In this document: in pieces, positions 22,701 to 30,490 of the stretch
Position numbering within the stretch: position 1 is the stretch's first letter
Layout of the letters: every line of letters starts with the position of its first letter
Assembly: GCA_041665505.1 (NCBI GenBank)
Contig: JBAYIR010000003.1
Coordinates: forward strand, 45,363 to 109,362
Direction: 5' to 3'
Length of the DNA stretch: 64,000 bases
DNA from: Patescibacteria group bacterium
GTDB taxonomy: Bacteria > Patescibacteriota > Patescibacteriia > UBA1558 > GWA2-36-10
Translations under genes and position numbers: made by a program
The notes under the pieces: generated by a model
The model's database searches: none
The model's input: the letters and a program-made list of their open reading frames with translations, nothing else
What the model was told of the DNA's origin: nothing

Positions 22701-23274
22701 GATTGGAGAAGCTTTAACTAGTATAGCCAAAGATAAAGATGCTACTAGATTAGGTAATATACAAGTAGAAATTGATGGGGCTAGAAGTAGTAATGATACT
22801 GACAGATTGGCTAAATTATTAGCTGAACAAAATACCTTAACTAGATTACAAAATACTAAACGTCGAGAAGCTTTAGGTTTGGCTACGCCTAATACTAAAA
22901 ATATTTTTTCTCGAGCTTTATTAAAAGATGCTACAGACGGGGCAGATTATTCTAGGCTACAGGAGATGGATATTAATGTTGAATCGGAAAGACATTTATT
23001 TATAGAGTTAGCCAAAGTAGCTACTCCAGATCAACAAAGGCAGTTATTTCAAGAGGCTAACCCGGATCAACTTAAACTATTTGCTGAAGTTTTAGCTAGC
23101 ACCGGGCAAAAGTTGAATAAAGTTATTGTCGATAATTTAACTCCAGCGGTGAAGAAGGAGATATTTAGAATGATGCATACAATTAAGCTTACACAAGAAG
23201 GAGTTATGTCAGCGATAGAGATTAAGGAGTTTGTAGCTAAGATGACAGATGAACAATTAGCTAAGATCAAATAA
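19798..23274 (+). CDS. VirB6/TrbL-like polytopic membrane protein with a ~800-aa charged, coiled-coil-like C-terminal tail
   Basis: N-terminal ~330 aa contain 7 or more hydrophobic helices, including a Met/Val-rich helix (GVMVMMLMMRIVALWVAIVLAPLAF) reminiscent of VirB6/TrbL/PrgH. The remainder is K/E/R/D/Q-rich and low in hydrophobics. Confidence 0.5.
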   Translation: MKFKNYKLVSKWPYLATIFALIVVVPMKISAISPLVKLLVQPIWNFFVWPLTWTIQLEMELLRLVARYNNFTNEGGVMLGWIALRDLSNMFFILILLVIAFATILRISNYGYQQLLKKTFIIAILINFSKTIVGFMIDVVQVVMLTFISAIDEVMAGGVVVAIGLHKLTQIQLPGDGVPMEDYVLALVMGAVFLAILVVVMGVMVMMLMMRIVALWVAIVLAPLAFVASIFPATKSFYSRWIKELGTNLVTGPMLAFFMWLTFTIVGNGEAYRTFLNDNPSMPGPTEFLGTANMVNYVVAISLLLMGIKMASASGAAGASFAAKGMGMINNTASKLARRYPMAVGKRLANWAAGGVVDKDGKARPLLQMGANRIINSRLGKRMNLTERATDFSERADSLRASNNILAQAAGRTMTGARDFQWNRIPFYGGRVQRGAMKAQGKYSAMVDEFQAEDEKFINPKQREQFEASQDNVKGGPKFLSRVPILNRSRRLRELGLGDAAGNVTSLGGNADRRVMQSKTKLDRGDIADQAEADFVAENLERVNDQSRLDKLHKQWGSTYRDKADVDKDINQDGIQSLLRDQKADAAIDPETGLPYEGSRLLIEGAFRDTDSVGLDIGKAILSKFKTARVAWSKALAHVAQTMGHTMERTEENLKNYGTVAATEINPATGMREIGFNNKSVVELNAYHPMVKAVGSTTQVYPQQAVNPYNEAMDHLEQGVIDGFYNFDAASINYLKQRSKEPDKDFEVRKKAATDSWEQNTASFEAGHITAEEMYKHRRQTLGVYTPEEIETEAAPIRARMQNLEAGRASGSISEEQYNDDLEIEKKALKDLYDSPIARIAGNSDDIELAMQISSRLPDKPIRGTAQLEKVEDAEIEEKTKKKVSEISETEITKRVKASGQTFTDPVNEKQARARVRQDMEEEIRGKTRDSLVQEKGTKRDEEQKKIDDKYNKDLANYNTERDALRRTIGEALTSIAKDKDATRLGNIQVEIDGARSSNDTDRLAKLLAEQNTLTRLQNTKRREALGLATPNTKNIFSRALLKDATDGADYSRLQEMDINVESERHLFIELAKVATPDQQRQLFQEANPDQLKLFAEVLASTGQKLNKVIVDNLTPAVKKEIFRMMHTIKLTQEGVMSAIEIKEFVAKMTDEQLAKIK

Positions 23275-23284
23275 TTTATTTTAA

Positions 23285-24544
23285 ATGTTAATCAATGATT
23301 TAAAAACTCTACCCGAAGAAGTACAGGATTTTATTTGGGAAACTATGTCAGATGTAAATTATACTATATTTGATAAGTTTTCTTTTGATTTTGCGCAATT
23401 TGAATTTTTTAATAAATTGGAAGATGATATTTTATTGAAGAAAAAAAATATCATTGATTTGCCCAAAGATTTAGAAAAAATGCCTGGTCAGTTCAAAGGG
23501 GACTTTAGGGAGCTGGCTTTACAAATGGCTACAGAAATATTTTGGCCCTTACAGGAATATCTAGGCGGAGTAGATCGTCTCATTTTACGCTTAGGTGCCA
23601 AAGTGCCTAGGGCAGTTTTTTTGAAGAAAAAAAATACTACGGTAGTTGATAATCAACTACCAGAAGTTTTTCAAGGTAGGGTCAAAGACTTAATGGAAAA
23701 GTATGAAGAATTTAAAGACCTGCGTTTAACACCCAATAAATTGGTCAATGAAAAAGGCCTAATGGTCAATGCTAGCGTGCAAAATTGGATTAATGATTAT
23801 ATTCATTTTTTGGGAGCTGGTCAGCATAATTCTTTAGAAAGAGCAGTTTATCTTTCTAAAAGTCCAAATGTTTTGGAGTTGACTGATAAATATAGAGATA
23901 GTTTGCGTTATTTATTATTATCTTATGATGAGGGAGTAGAACTTTATTTTAATTATTCACAGGGCTTTTTGTTTATAGAGGAACAGCCAACCAAAAAATC
24001 CACAGATAAAGAAGCTATTTCCAATAAAATGGATTTCGATAAATTTTTAGGAGCTTTTAAAAATAAATTAACAACTTTTCAAAAACAACTTTTGCCTAGT
24101 GACATGATAATATCTGAATCCCAAGGAGATATTAATAAAGTTAGAGATATTCTTTGGCAGGCGATTGGTATTTCTGACAAAGACAAAGCAATTAGTTGTT
24201 TAAAACTCTTGGTGGAGAGGAAAACTCTTGATTTGATGATTAAAGAGGATAATAGGTTTAAAAATACTTTAAAGAGGTTTATTGGTATTAAATATGGTCA
24301 AAACATGGAAAGGTCTTTGGCTGAAAATATAGACCAATTGATAATTAGGCGTCTTTTTTTGGAAATGATTTTGTCTGATAAGTTGAGATTATCTGAAGAA
24401 GAACTTTATGTCACTGTTTTTTATCTGACTAATATTTTGCCAAATTCAGGACAGCTAATATATCTAGATGAAAAAGATCAAAAATTCAAATGGCGAGCTG
24501 TTCAAGTCAGTGGTAATAAATTTGCTTGGGTAGATAAAATATAA
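23285..24544 (+). CDS. Hypothetical protein (419 aa), co-oriented with the giant protein and VirB6-like genes
   Basis: Long ORF with host-like composition, 10-nt gap from the upstream gene; no motif recognised. Confidence 0.55.
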   Translation: MLINDLKTLPEEVQDFIWETMSDVNYTIFDKFSFDFAQFEFFNKLEDDILLKKKNIIDLPKDLEKMPGQFKGDFRELALQMATEIFWPLQEYLGGVDRLILRLGAKVPRAVFLKKKNTTVVDNQLPEVFQGRVKDLMEKYEEFKDLRLTPNKLVNEKGLMVNASVQNWINDYIHFLGAGQHNSLERAVYLSKSPNVLELTDKYRDSLRYLLLSYDEGVELYFNYSQGFLFIEEQPTKKSTDKEAISNKMDFDKFLGAFKNKLTTFQKQLLPSDMIISESQGDINKVRDILWQAIGISDKDKAISCLKLLVERKTLDLMIKEDNRFKNTLKRFIGIKYGQNMERSLAENIDQLIIRRLFLEMILSDKLRLSEEELYVTVFYLTNILPNSGQLIYLDEKDQKFKWRAVQVSGNKFAWVDKI

Positions 24545-24555
24545 TTTATTTTTTA

Positions 24556-24588
24556 ATATCCCGCGGCCTATGGCCGCGGGATATTTTA
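24556..24588. terminator. Bidirectional terminator between convergent genes
   Basis: Perfect 12-13-bp GC-rich palindrome atatcccgcggcc-tatg-gccgcgggatat followed by a T-run. Confidence 0.8.
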
Positions 24589-25761
24589 GTTGACTGCTTT
24601 TATTTTCCAGAGAGTGATTTGTCTTTTTACTTTTTGCTCCGGACGGCTATAGATTATATCTTTGTCTAGCAGATATTCAAAACCTAGTTGGGAGATTATT
24701 TTTTTATCTAGGGTATAAATATCGCTATTATCCAGATGAAAAATTGGAAAAACAAAAATTACCAAGCCTTCTGGGCTTAATATTTTTTTAAATTGGCTAA
24801 AAGCGGCTAGATATAACTCTTGCAATTCATTTTTTATCTCAGTGATGTCACTAGCTTTATTTTGTCTGGCAATTAGACGGGCATCACCCATAAATGGCTC
24901 AGTCACTATAGTATTTATACTATTTTTTTCAAAATATTTGTCTAGATTTTTTATATCAGCTTGGTTTATTTTTATATCAGCTTGAATTTTAAAATTTTTA
25001 GCCAGCCAAGCTAGATTAGCTTTGCTTTCTTCAACTGCTTTATCACTAAGATCACTGCCATATATTTTTTGCCATCCCAAAAGCATTGCTTCTTGCAAAA
25101 CAGTGCCAGAGCCACAAAAAGGGTCTAAAATATTTTTATCTTTATTAGAGCCACTTAAGTTGACTAACATTTGGGCTACTTTGGGTGGGAGCATACCGCT
25201 TTTGTTGTCACGATGAGGACGCTCTATATCTCTAAAGCCATAACTGACAAAATCTTGTACAGCTTTAGTCAGACCCAGTAAATATTTTTCTTGGTGTTTT
25301 ATTATTAAGAGTTCATTACCTAACAATTTATTTTTGGCGACTATGACAGAGGATAGCTCTGCCTCTTGGCCAGTGACTAAACGGCTTTTATATTTATATT
25401 CTTTTAGTAATTTTTTTAATCCCAAAGCCACTCTTTTTATAGTGTCATAATTTTTGGCGTCACCATGATACAGGCTAAAGCCAAAATTATTTTTAGATTC
25501 AGTTTGTAGCTTGGTTTTTAGTAGTTCATACCAAGTATCAACATCCAAATCACTGAGTTTATCAATAGTTTTGATATAACTAGCGATTTTGATTGTGCCA
25601 CCCAAAATATTGATCAAATCAGCTGCTTCTTTGTCAGTATTAGCTAATACAAAATCAGGACCTAAGAGTTCTAATTGGTCATTTTTGTCGCTTAAAACTG
25701 TTTTTAATTCTGCTTGGGCTAAGTCCGGAGATTGTCCAAGCATAAATAAGTATTTATTCAT
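24586..25761 (-). CDS. Putative SAM-dependent RNA (guanine-N2) methyltransferase, UPF0020/Trm11/RlmL-like
   Basis: Motif I LDPFCGSGTVLQEA and motif IV-like TEPFMGD, with an N-terminal THUMP-like region; 391 aa. Confidence 0.55.
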   Translation of the reverse strand: MNKYLFMLGQSPDLAQAELKTVLSDKNDQLELLGPDFVLANTDKEAADLINILGGTIKIASYIKTIDKLSDLDVDTWYELLKTKLQTESKNNFGFSLYHGDAKNYDTIKRVALGLKKLLKEYKYKSRLVTGQEAELSSVIVAKNKLLGNELLIIKHQEKYLLGLTKAVQDFVSYGFRDIERPHRDNKSGMLPPKVAQMLVNLSGSNKDKNILDPFCGSGTVLQEAMLLGWQKIYGSDLSDKAVEESKANLAWLAKNFKIQADIKINQADIKNLDKYFEKNSINTIVTEPFMGDARLIARQNKASDITEIKNELQELYLAAFSQFKKILSPEGLVIFVFPIFHLDNSDIYTLDKKIISQLGFEYLLDKDIIYSRPEQKVKRQITLWKIKAVN

Positions 25762-25807
25762 TACTATATAATAGTTTAAATAATATTTTTACGCAATATA
25801 TTAAGTA

Positions 25808-25836
25808 TTGACTTATGCCTATGATTATGGTAAATT
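25808..25836 (+). promoter_or_regulatory. Candidate sigma70-type promoter for the rpsF-ssb-rpsR-efp cluster
   Basis: TTGACT, 17-nt spacer, TAAATT, about 90 nt upstream of rpsF. The leader beyond it contains small inverted repeats. Confidence 0.3.
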
Positions 25837-25924
25837 GCGTGCAGTTAATATATCTTAATTAACCACGCCTCTGTATTAACTGTAGGGGCCCTTGGTGTAA
25901 AAATCAAGGTAATTAGATAGAAAA

Positions 25925-26428
25925 ATGAAATACGAACTATCTTTTATTATTAGTCCAGCTATTCCTGAAACAGATCATTTATCTGTTAATCAGCAAGTTT
26001 TGGACTATCTCAAAGGCATCGAAGCTAATGTTACTCGAGCGCCTTACTTTATGGGCCGTAGAAAATTGGCTTATCCAATTGCCAAACAAAAACACGGTTT
26101 TTATGTTTGTCTAGAATTTACTACAGAGGATAAGGCTTCTCTGAAGGAATTAGACATTAAATTGAAGCACAACAATAGTTTGCTTCGTCATTTGATTATC
26201 AAATTGGAAAACCGTTCAGAGAGTGCAGCAGTTGATTTTTCTAAAATGGAAGAAAGAGATACTGATAAAGCCAAGGGTCGTCCGGTCAGAAAAGCTAGAG
26301 TGTCAGCCCCAAAAAGTTTTTCTAAAAAATCAGAACCTAGAAGTCGACAGGAAAGTAAAGTCAAAGTAAATTTAGATGATATTGATAAACAGCTAGATAG
26401 AATTTTGGATGAGCCAAAAGTTGATTAA
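25925..26428 (+). CDS. rpsF: 30S ribosomal protein S6 (with C-terminal extension)
   Basis: N-terminal MKYELSFIISP ... YFMGRRKLAYPI matches S6. Classic rpsF-ssb-rpsR synteny. Confidence 0.9.
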   Translation: MKYELSFIISPAIPETDHLSVNQQVLDYLKGIEANVTRAPYFMGRRKLAYPIAKQKHGFYVCLEFTTEDKASLKELDIKLKHNNSLLRHLIIKLENRSESAAVDFSKMEERDTDKAKGRPVRKARVSAPKSFSKKSEPRSRQESKVKVNLDDIDKQLDRILDEPKVD

Positions 26429-26446
26429 TTTTCTTAACATAATTAT

Positions 26447-26929
26447 ATGAATCTAAACAAAGCTATGATCATTGGTAATATAGTGCGCGATCCAGAAATG
26501 CGTACTACTCCCAGTGGTCAAAATGTCACTTCTTTTTCCATAGCTACCAATCGTGTTTGGAACGACACCAACGGTCAAAAGCAGGAAAGAGCCGAGTTTC
26601 ACAATATTGTCGCTTGGCGTAGATTAGCTGAAATTGCTAGTCAATATCTCAAAAAAGGAGCTAAAGTGTATATTGAAGGCAGACTACAAACCAGATCTTG
26701 GGATGATCCAAATGGTGTTAAAAGATATCGTACAGAAATTATTGCTGAAAATATGATCATGCTCGATAGGGCTGGTAATATGCCCAGCGGTGGTGGCGGT
26801 GGAGATTACAATACCGAGCAACCATCAATGGATCAAACTCCCACAGTAGATGTTAATCGCTCCAGCTCTTCAAATATTCCATCAAATGATGGAGAAGAAG
26901 AAATTAGCATTGAAGATATTCCATTTTAA
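26447..26929 (+). CDS. ssb: Single-stranded DNA-binding protein
   Basis: OB-fold signature (MIIGNIVRDPEMRTTPSGQNVTSFSIATNR ... FHNIVAWRRLAEI ... VYIEGRLQTRSWDD) and Gly-rich tail ending in the acidic DIPF. Confidence 0.95.
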   Translation: MNLNKAMIIGNIVRDPEMRTTPSGQNVTSFSIATNRVWNDTNGQKQERAEFHNIVAWRRLAEIASQYLKKGAKVYIEGRLQTRSWDDPNGVKRYRTEIIAENMIMLDRAGNMPSGGGGGDYNTEQPSMDQTPTVDVNRSSSSNIPSNDGEEEISIEDIPF

Positions 26930-26954
26930 AGATTAATTAAATTCAAATTTTAAT

Positions 26955-27173
26955 ATGCATACCAAACAAACTAGTAAATATTGCCACTTTTGTGTAAACA
27001 ATATGTCAGATATTGATTATAAGAATTGGCAACAATTAAAACGCTTTACTTCTTCTTATGGCAAGATTGTGCCAAAAAGAAGAAGTGGTGCTTGTTCCAA
27101 ACACCAAAGAAGCTTAGCCCAGGCTATCAAACGTGCTCGTTTTATGGCTTTACTTCCTTATGTAGCCAAATAA
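26955..27173 (+). CDS. rpsR: 30S ribosomal protein S18
   Basis: CHFC ... [51 protein letters not shown] is the S18 signature. Confidence 0.95.
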   Translation: MHTKQTSKYCHFCVNNMSDIDYKNWQQLKRFTSSYGKIVPKRRSGACSKHQRSLAQAIKRARFMALLPYVAK

Positions 27174-27177
27174 AATT

Positions 27178-27735
27178 ATGTTGTCACTCAGCGATTTAAA
27201 ATTGGGTAAAGTCATATCGGTTAATGACGAACCATATCAGATTGTGTTTAATCAACACATCAAAGTAGCTAGAGGTGGAGCAGTGGTAAAAACCAAGCTC
27301 AAGAATTTGATTTCTGGAAATACTTTAGAAAAAACATTTTCTGGTTCAGATAGTATAGCCGAAGCAGATATTACTCGTCGTAAAGCGAATTTTCTTTACC
27401 AGCAAGAAGAGGATTTTCATTTTATGGACAATGAAAGTTTTGAACAATTTCAATTTCCTAAAAATGATTTAGGAGATTTAGTAAAATATCTTATTGATGG
27501 TCAAGAGGTTGATGTCTTGGTTTTCAACGATGTGCCAGTGTCAATTGCTTTGCCTACCAAAATTACCCTAGAAGTCAAATCAGCTCCAGAAGGAGTAAAA
27601 GGTAATAGTGCTGGGGCTATTACTAAGACAGTAATTTTAGAAAACGATTTAGAAGTGAGAACTCCTTTATTTATTAAGTCAGGTGAAAAGATAGTTATCA
27701 ATACAGAAACAGGGGAATATGTAGGTCGGGCTTAA
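27178..27735 (+). CDS. efp: Elongation factor P
   Basis: LSDLKLGKVISVNDEPYQIV ... KVARGGAVVKTKLKNLISGN (KOW-like N-domain) plus two OB domains; 185 aa. Confidence 0.9.
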   Translation: MLSLSDLKLGKVISVNDEPYQIVFNQHIKVARGGAVVKTKLKNLISGNTLEKTFSGSDSIAEADITRRKANFLYQQEEDFHFMDNESFEQFQFPKNDLGDLVKYLIDGQEVDVLVFNDVPVSIALPTKITLEVKSAPEGVKGNSAGAITKTVILENDLEVRTPLFIKSGEKIVINTETGEYVGRA

Positions 27736-27756
27736 TTTTTTATTATATTTTTTAAA

Positions 27757-27789
27757 ATTACCTCTCAGTTTATCTGGGGGTAATTTTTT
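27757..27789 (+). terminator. Possible terminator after efp
   Basis: Imperfect hairpin (tacc...ggta, cag/ctg) followed by a T-run. Confidence 0.35.
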
Positions 27790-27801
27790 GTTTAATTATG
27801 G

Positions 27802-27836
27802 TTGGCTATATACATATAAATATGTTATAATATAAT
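27802..27836 (+). promoter_or_regulatory. Candidate promoter of the T4SS-like operon
   Basis: TTGGCT, 18 nt, TATAAT (twice, overlapping), about 55 nt upstream of the 27888 start. Confidence 0.3.
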
Positions 27837-27887
27837 TAAATATTTACCCTTTGGTAGCTAAGAAATAAACATAGACATAAATAATTC

Positions 27888-29294
27888 ATGGATTCTTCAA
27901 ATAATAAAGTAAATGATATTTTAGACACTGCTAATTGGTCTGATGCTCTTTTAGTTAAAGATGCCAAAGGCAATTTAGGGTCTTTAAAACTGGTTCTAAA
28001 AGATAATTCTCCTAAAATTTCACCCTCAATTAATGCTGTTTCTGAAGGTAGTTTGGCTCCTAAAGACGCTAGTTTCGCTCCTTCACAAAATATTATTGGT
28101 AATTCTCAGACTAAATCAGAGCTGGTTTTTCACCCAGATGATAAAGAAGAACTAGATTTTTTTGCTCAAAATATAGTCAAAGATGATAGTAAAAAATATA
28201 GTGTTGAGAAAATAGTAGACCGTATTATTGCCAAACAATCTTTGGATTTGGATGAGAAAAATAAAAAGATTTTCGTTAATATTTTGTACAATTTTTTTAG
28301 AAATAGAAAAAGTACAATTATTACCAGAGAGCTTTTGACAAATAGTGTCTTGATAAAAAACAAAAAAATAGATACTGAAGTAATTGATATCATTTTGTCT
28401 GTTATCAAAGGTATTAAAAATAAAATTGATGCTGTTGGTGGTTTGGTGGTCAATCAAACTGAGCTAAAAATTGAGCAAAATTTATCAAGCGCCAAAGAAA
28501 AAAAACATCTTTTACAGACTCCACCAGTTTTAGTCAAGCCGTTTAGCCAAGAAGAAAAGATTTTAGATTTGGAAGATTCAAAAGACAGCTCATTATCAGC
28601 TCAAGATGAAGTCAAAATGGCGCTCGGTCAGTTACAGCCAACAGTAGTAAAGGAAAGCAAGGTAGAAACCAAAGCGCCAGTTGTCAAAGCGCCAGCCGCT
28701 GGATTTTCTATTCCGGCTCCTCTTGAAAAGTTATCTAAACCAGATAAACCTGAGCTAAAAGAAGAAATTATAAAACCAGTTGCTCAGCCAGAAATTAAAG
28801 CTAGCTTAGTAGTGCAACAAGATGAGCCAGAGCTAGCCAAAGTGGAAACATCGCTACCAAAAGTATTAAGATCAAACCTAAATCAAACGCCCAAAAAACC
28901 AATTAGCGACGTAGTCAGCCCCATCAAAGAAGTCAAAAAACCAAACATCCCAGTAGGAGCAAAAAATGTTTTAATGGGGGCAGTACAAGAATTACAATCA
29001 TTTGATTTAGTTGGTTTTCGTCGTTTGGGTAGTACAGCCAATGAGCGTGTTCAGAAAATATTTGATAAAATAAATTTATTAGAACAAGAATCATATACTA
29101 AAAAAGCTCAAGGTATTGCTGCTTGGAGAGATAGTGAAGTCTATAAATTATATTTACAATTAGGCACGGAGAGTATGATAGCTGGCCAAGAAGTAGCCAA
29201 TTTTATACTGGAGCGCCAAAGTAAAAATCAAAATACACTTAGTATAGAAGAGTTTTCAGCTATCTCGGATTTAAACAAACAATTAAGATTTTAG
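27888..29294 (+). CDS. Hypothetical soluble protein with Lys/Pro-rich low-complexity central region; first gene of the T4SS-like operon
   Basis: 468-aa ORF, no TM. Central PKVLRSNLNQTPKKP / KEVKKPNIP region. A 3-nt gap to the next gene suggests co-transcription. Confidence 0.6.
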   Translation: MDSSNNKVNDILDTANWSDALLVKDAKGNLGSLKLVLKDNSPKISPSINAVSEGSLAPKDASFAPSQNIIGNSQTKSELVFHPDDKEELDFFAQNIVKDDSKKYSVEKIVDRIIAKQSLDLDEKNKKIFVNILYNFFRNRKSTIITRELLTNSVLIKNKKIDTEVIDIILSVIKGIKNKIDAVGGLVVNQTELKIEQNLSSAKEKKHLLQTPPVLVKPFSQEEKILDLEDSKDSSLSAQDEVKMALGQLQPTVVKESKVETKAPVVKAPAAGFSIPAPLEKLSKPDKPELKEEIIKPVAQPEIKASLVVQQDEPELAKVETSLPKVLRSNLNQTPKKPISDVVSPIKEVKKPNIPVGAKNVLMGAVQELQSFDLVGFRRLGSTANERVQKIFDKINLLEQESYTKKAQGIAAWRDSEVYKLYLQLGTESMIAGQEVANFILERQSKNQNTLSIEEFSAISDLNKQLRF

Positions 29295-29297
29295 TTT

Positions 29298-29774
29298 ATG
29301 CCAGAAAGGTTTATAGTGCCACAATTTATAGATGCCGAAGATAAAATCTGGGGACCAATTACTGTTCGTCAATTTGTGATTATATTGGTTGGTTTACTTT
29401 TTGGATTTATTGCTTATAAACTTTCAGATTTAACTTTGTTTATTTTCTGGATGGTGATCATTGTGATTTTTGTAGTGTTATTTGCTTTTTATAAAATCAA
29501 TGGAGCACCTTTCCATATTTTTGCTATCAATTTTATTGAAACCACTTTTAAGAAACCGGCTCTTCGTGTTTGGCATAAACAATATGTTAAAGTAGAAAAA
29601 GTTAAATCAAAAGATGAAATGCAAGTCAAAGAAGGTCCAGTGGCCCCCAAAAAGATTGCCTCTAGTCGGAAATTATCAGAGCTTTCTTTGATTATTGATA
29701 CCGGAGGGGTATATAAAGGAGAAAGACGAGCTAATGAAGAAAATAACGTTAGTTTTTCAGATAAAAATATTTGA
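29298..29774 (+). CDS. PrgI/VirB3-like small two-TM T4SS protein
   Basis: N-terminus FIVPQFIDAEDKIWGPITVRQFVIILVGLLFGFIAY matches the PrgI-family pattern (..P.d.d..edki.g.lt.RQ..yl). Two adjacent TM helices. It sits immediately upstream of VirB4, as in Gram-positive T4SS. Confidence 0.6.
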   Translation: MPERFIVPQFIDAEDKIWGPITVRQFVIILVGLLFGFIAYKLSDLTLFIFWMVIIVIFVVLFAFYKINGAPFHIFAINFIETTFKKPALRVWHKQYVKVEKVKSKDEMQVKEGPVAPKKIASSRKLSELSLIIDTGGVYKGERRANEENNVSFSDKNI

Positions 29775-29809
29775 TATTTTAGTGAACTCAATATAAATTA
29801 TAAATTACT

Positions 29810-30490
29810 ATGAAAAGTAAAAAATTAACTGGTAACCAAGCAGCTACAGCCACTCAAAAATATTTAGATATTGCTGAGATTAGAGATGATTTGGTAGTTT
29901 TAAATGACGGCACAGTCCGAGGAGTTTTATTGGTGGCCTCTATAAATTTTGATTTGAAATCAGAAGATGAACAAAGGGCTATTATTGGTAATTATGTTAA
30001 TTTTTTAAACACCCTAGATTATCCATTGCAAGTTATTATACAATCTCGCCCTTTAAATATTGATGACTATCTTGTTAGATTAAAAAAGATGGAAAGGGAG
30101 CAAACTAATGAATTATTGCGCATGCAGACCGCTGATTATAGAGGTTTTGTGGAAGAACTACTAACTTTAGAAAAGATAATGAGTAAGAAATTTTATGTAG
30201 TAGTCCCTTATAGTGCGCTCAGTGATAAAAGAATAAACTTTAAAAGTCGTTTTGCCTCTGTTTTTTCTCCTGCTAAAATAGTTAGTTTGAGTCGCAAACG
30301 TTTGGAAGAATTTAGTGATCAATTAGAAAAGAGATGCAATTTTATTGGAGCGGGTTTGGGTAGTTTGGGCTTAAGGAGCCAGCGTCTTAGCACTCAAGCT
30401 TTGATTGAGCTATATTATAATAGTTATAATCCAGAGTTATTTCAAAAACAACCAATGGATGATATAAATAAATTAACCATCGAAACATAA
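29810..30490 (+). CDS. VirB4/TraC-family N-terminal domain encoded as a separate ORF (split VirB4, part 1)
   Basis: LVVLNDGTVRGVLLVASINFDLKSEDEQRAIIGNYVNFLNTLDYPLQVIIQSRPLNIDDY is the conserved VirB4/PrgJ/TcpF N-terminal block. Its stop TAA overlaps the next ATG (TAATG at 30488-30492). Confidence 0.7.
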   Translation: MKSKKLTGNQAATATQKYLDIAEIRDDLVVLNDGTVRGVLLVASINFDLKSEDEQRAIIGNYVNFLNTLDYPLQVIIQSRPLNIDDYLVRLKKMEREQTNELLRMQTADYRGFVEELLTLEKIMSKKFYVVVPYSALSDKRINFKSRFASVFSPAKIVSLSRKRLEEFSDQLEKRCNFIGAGLGSLGLRSQRLSTQALIELYYNSYNPELFQKQPMDDINKLTIET

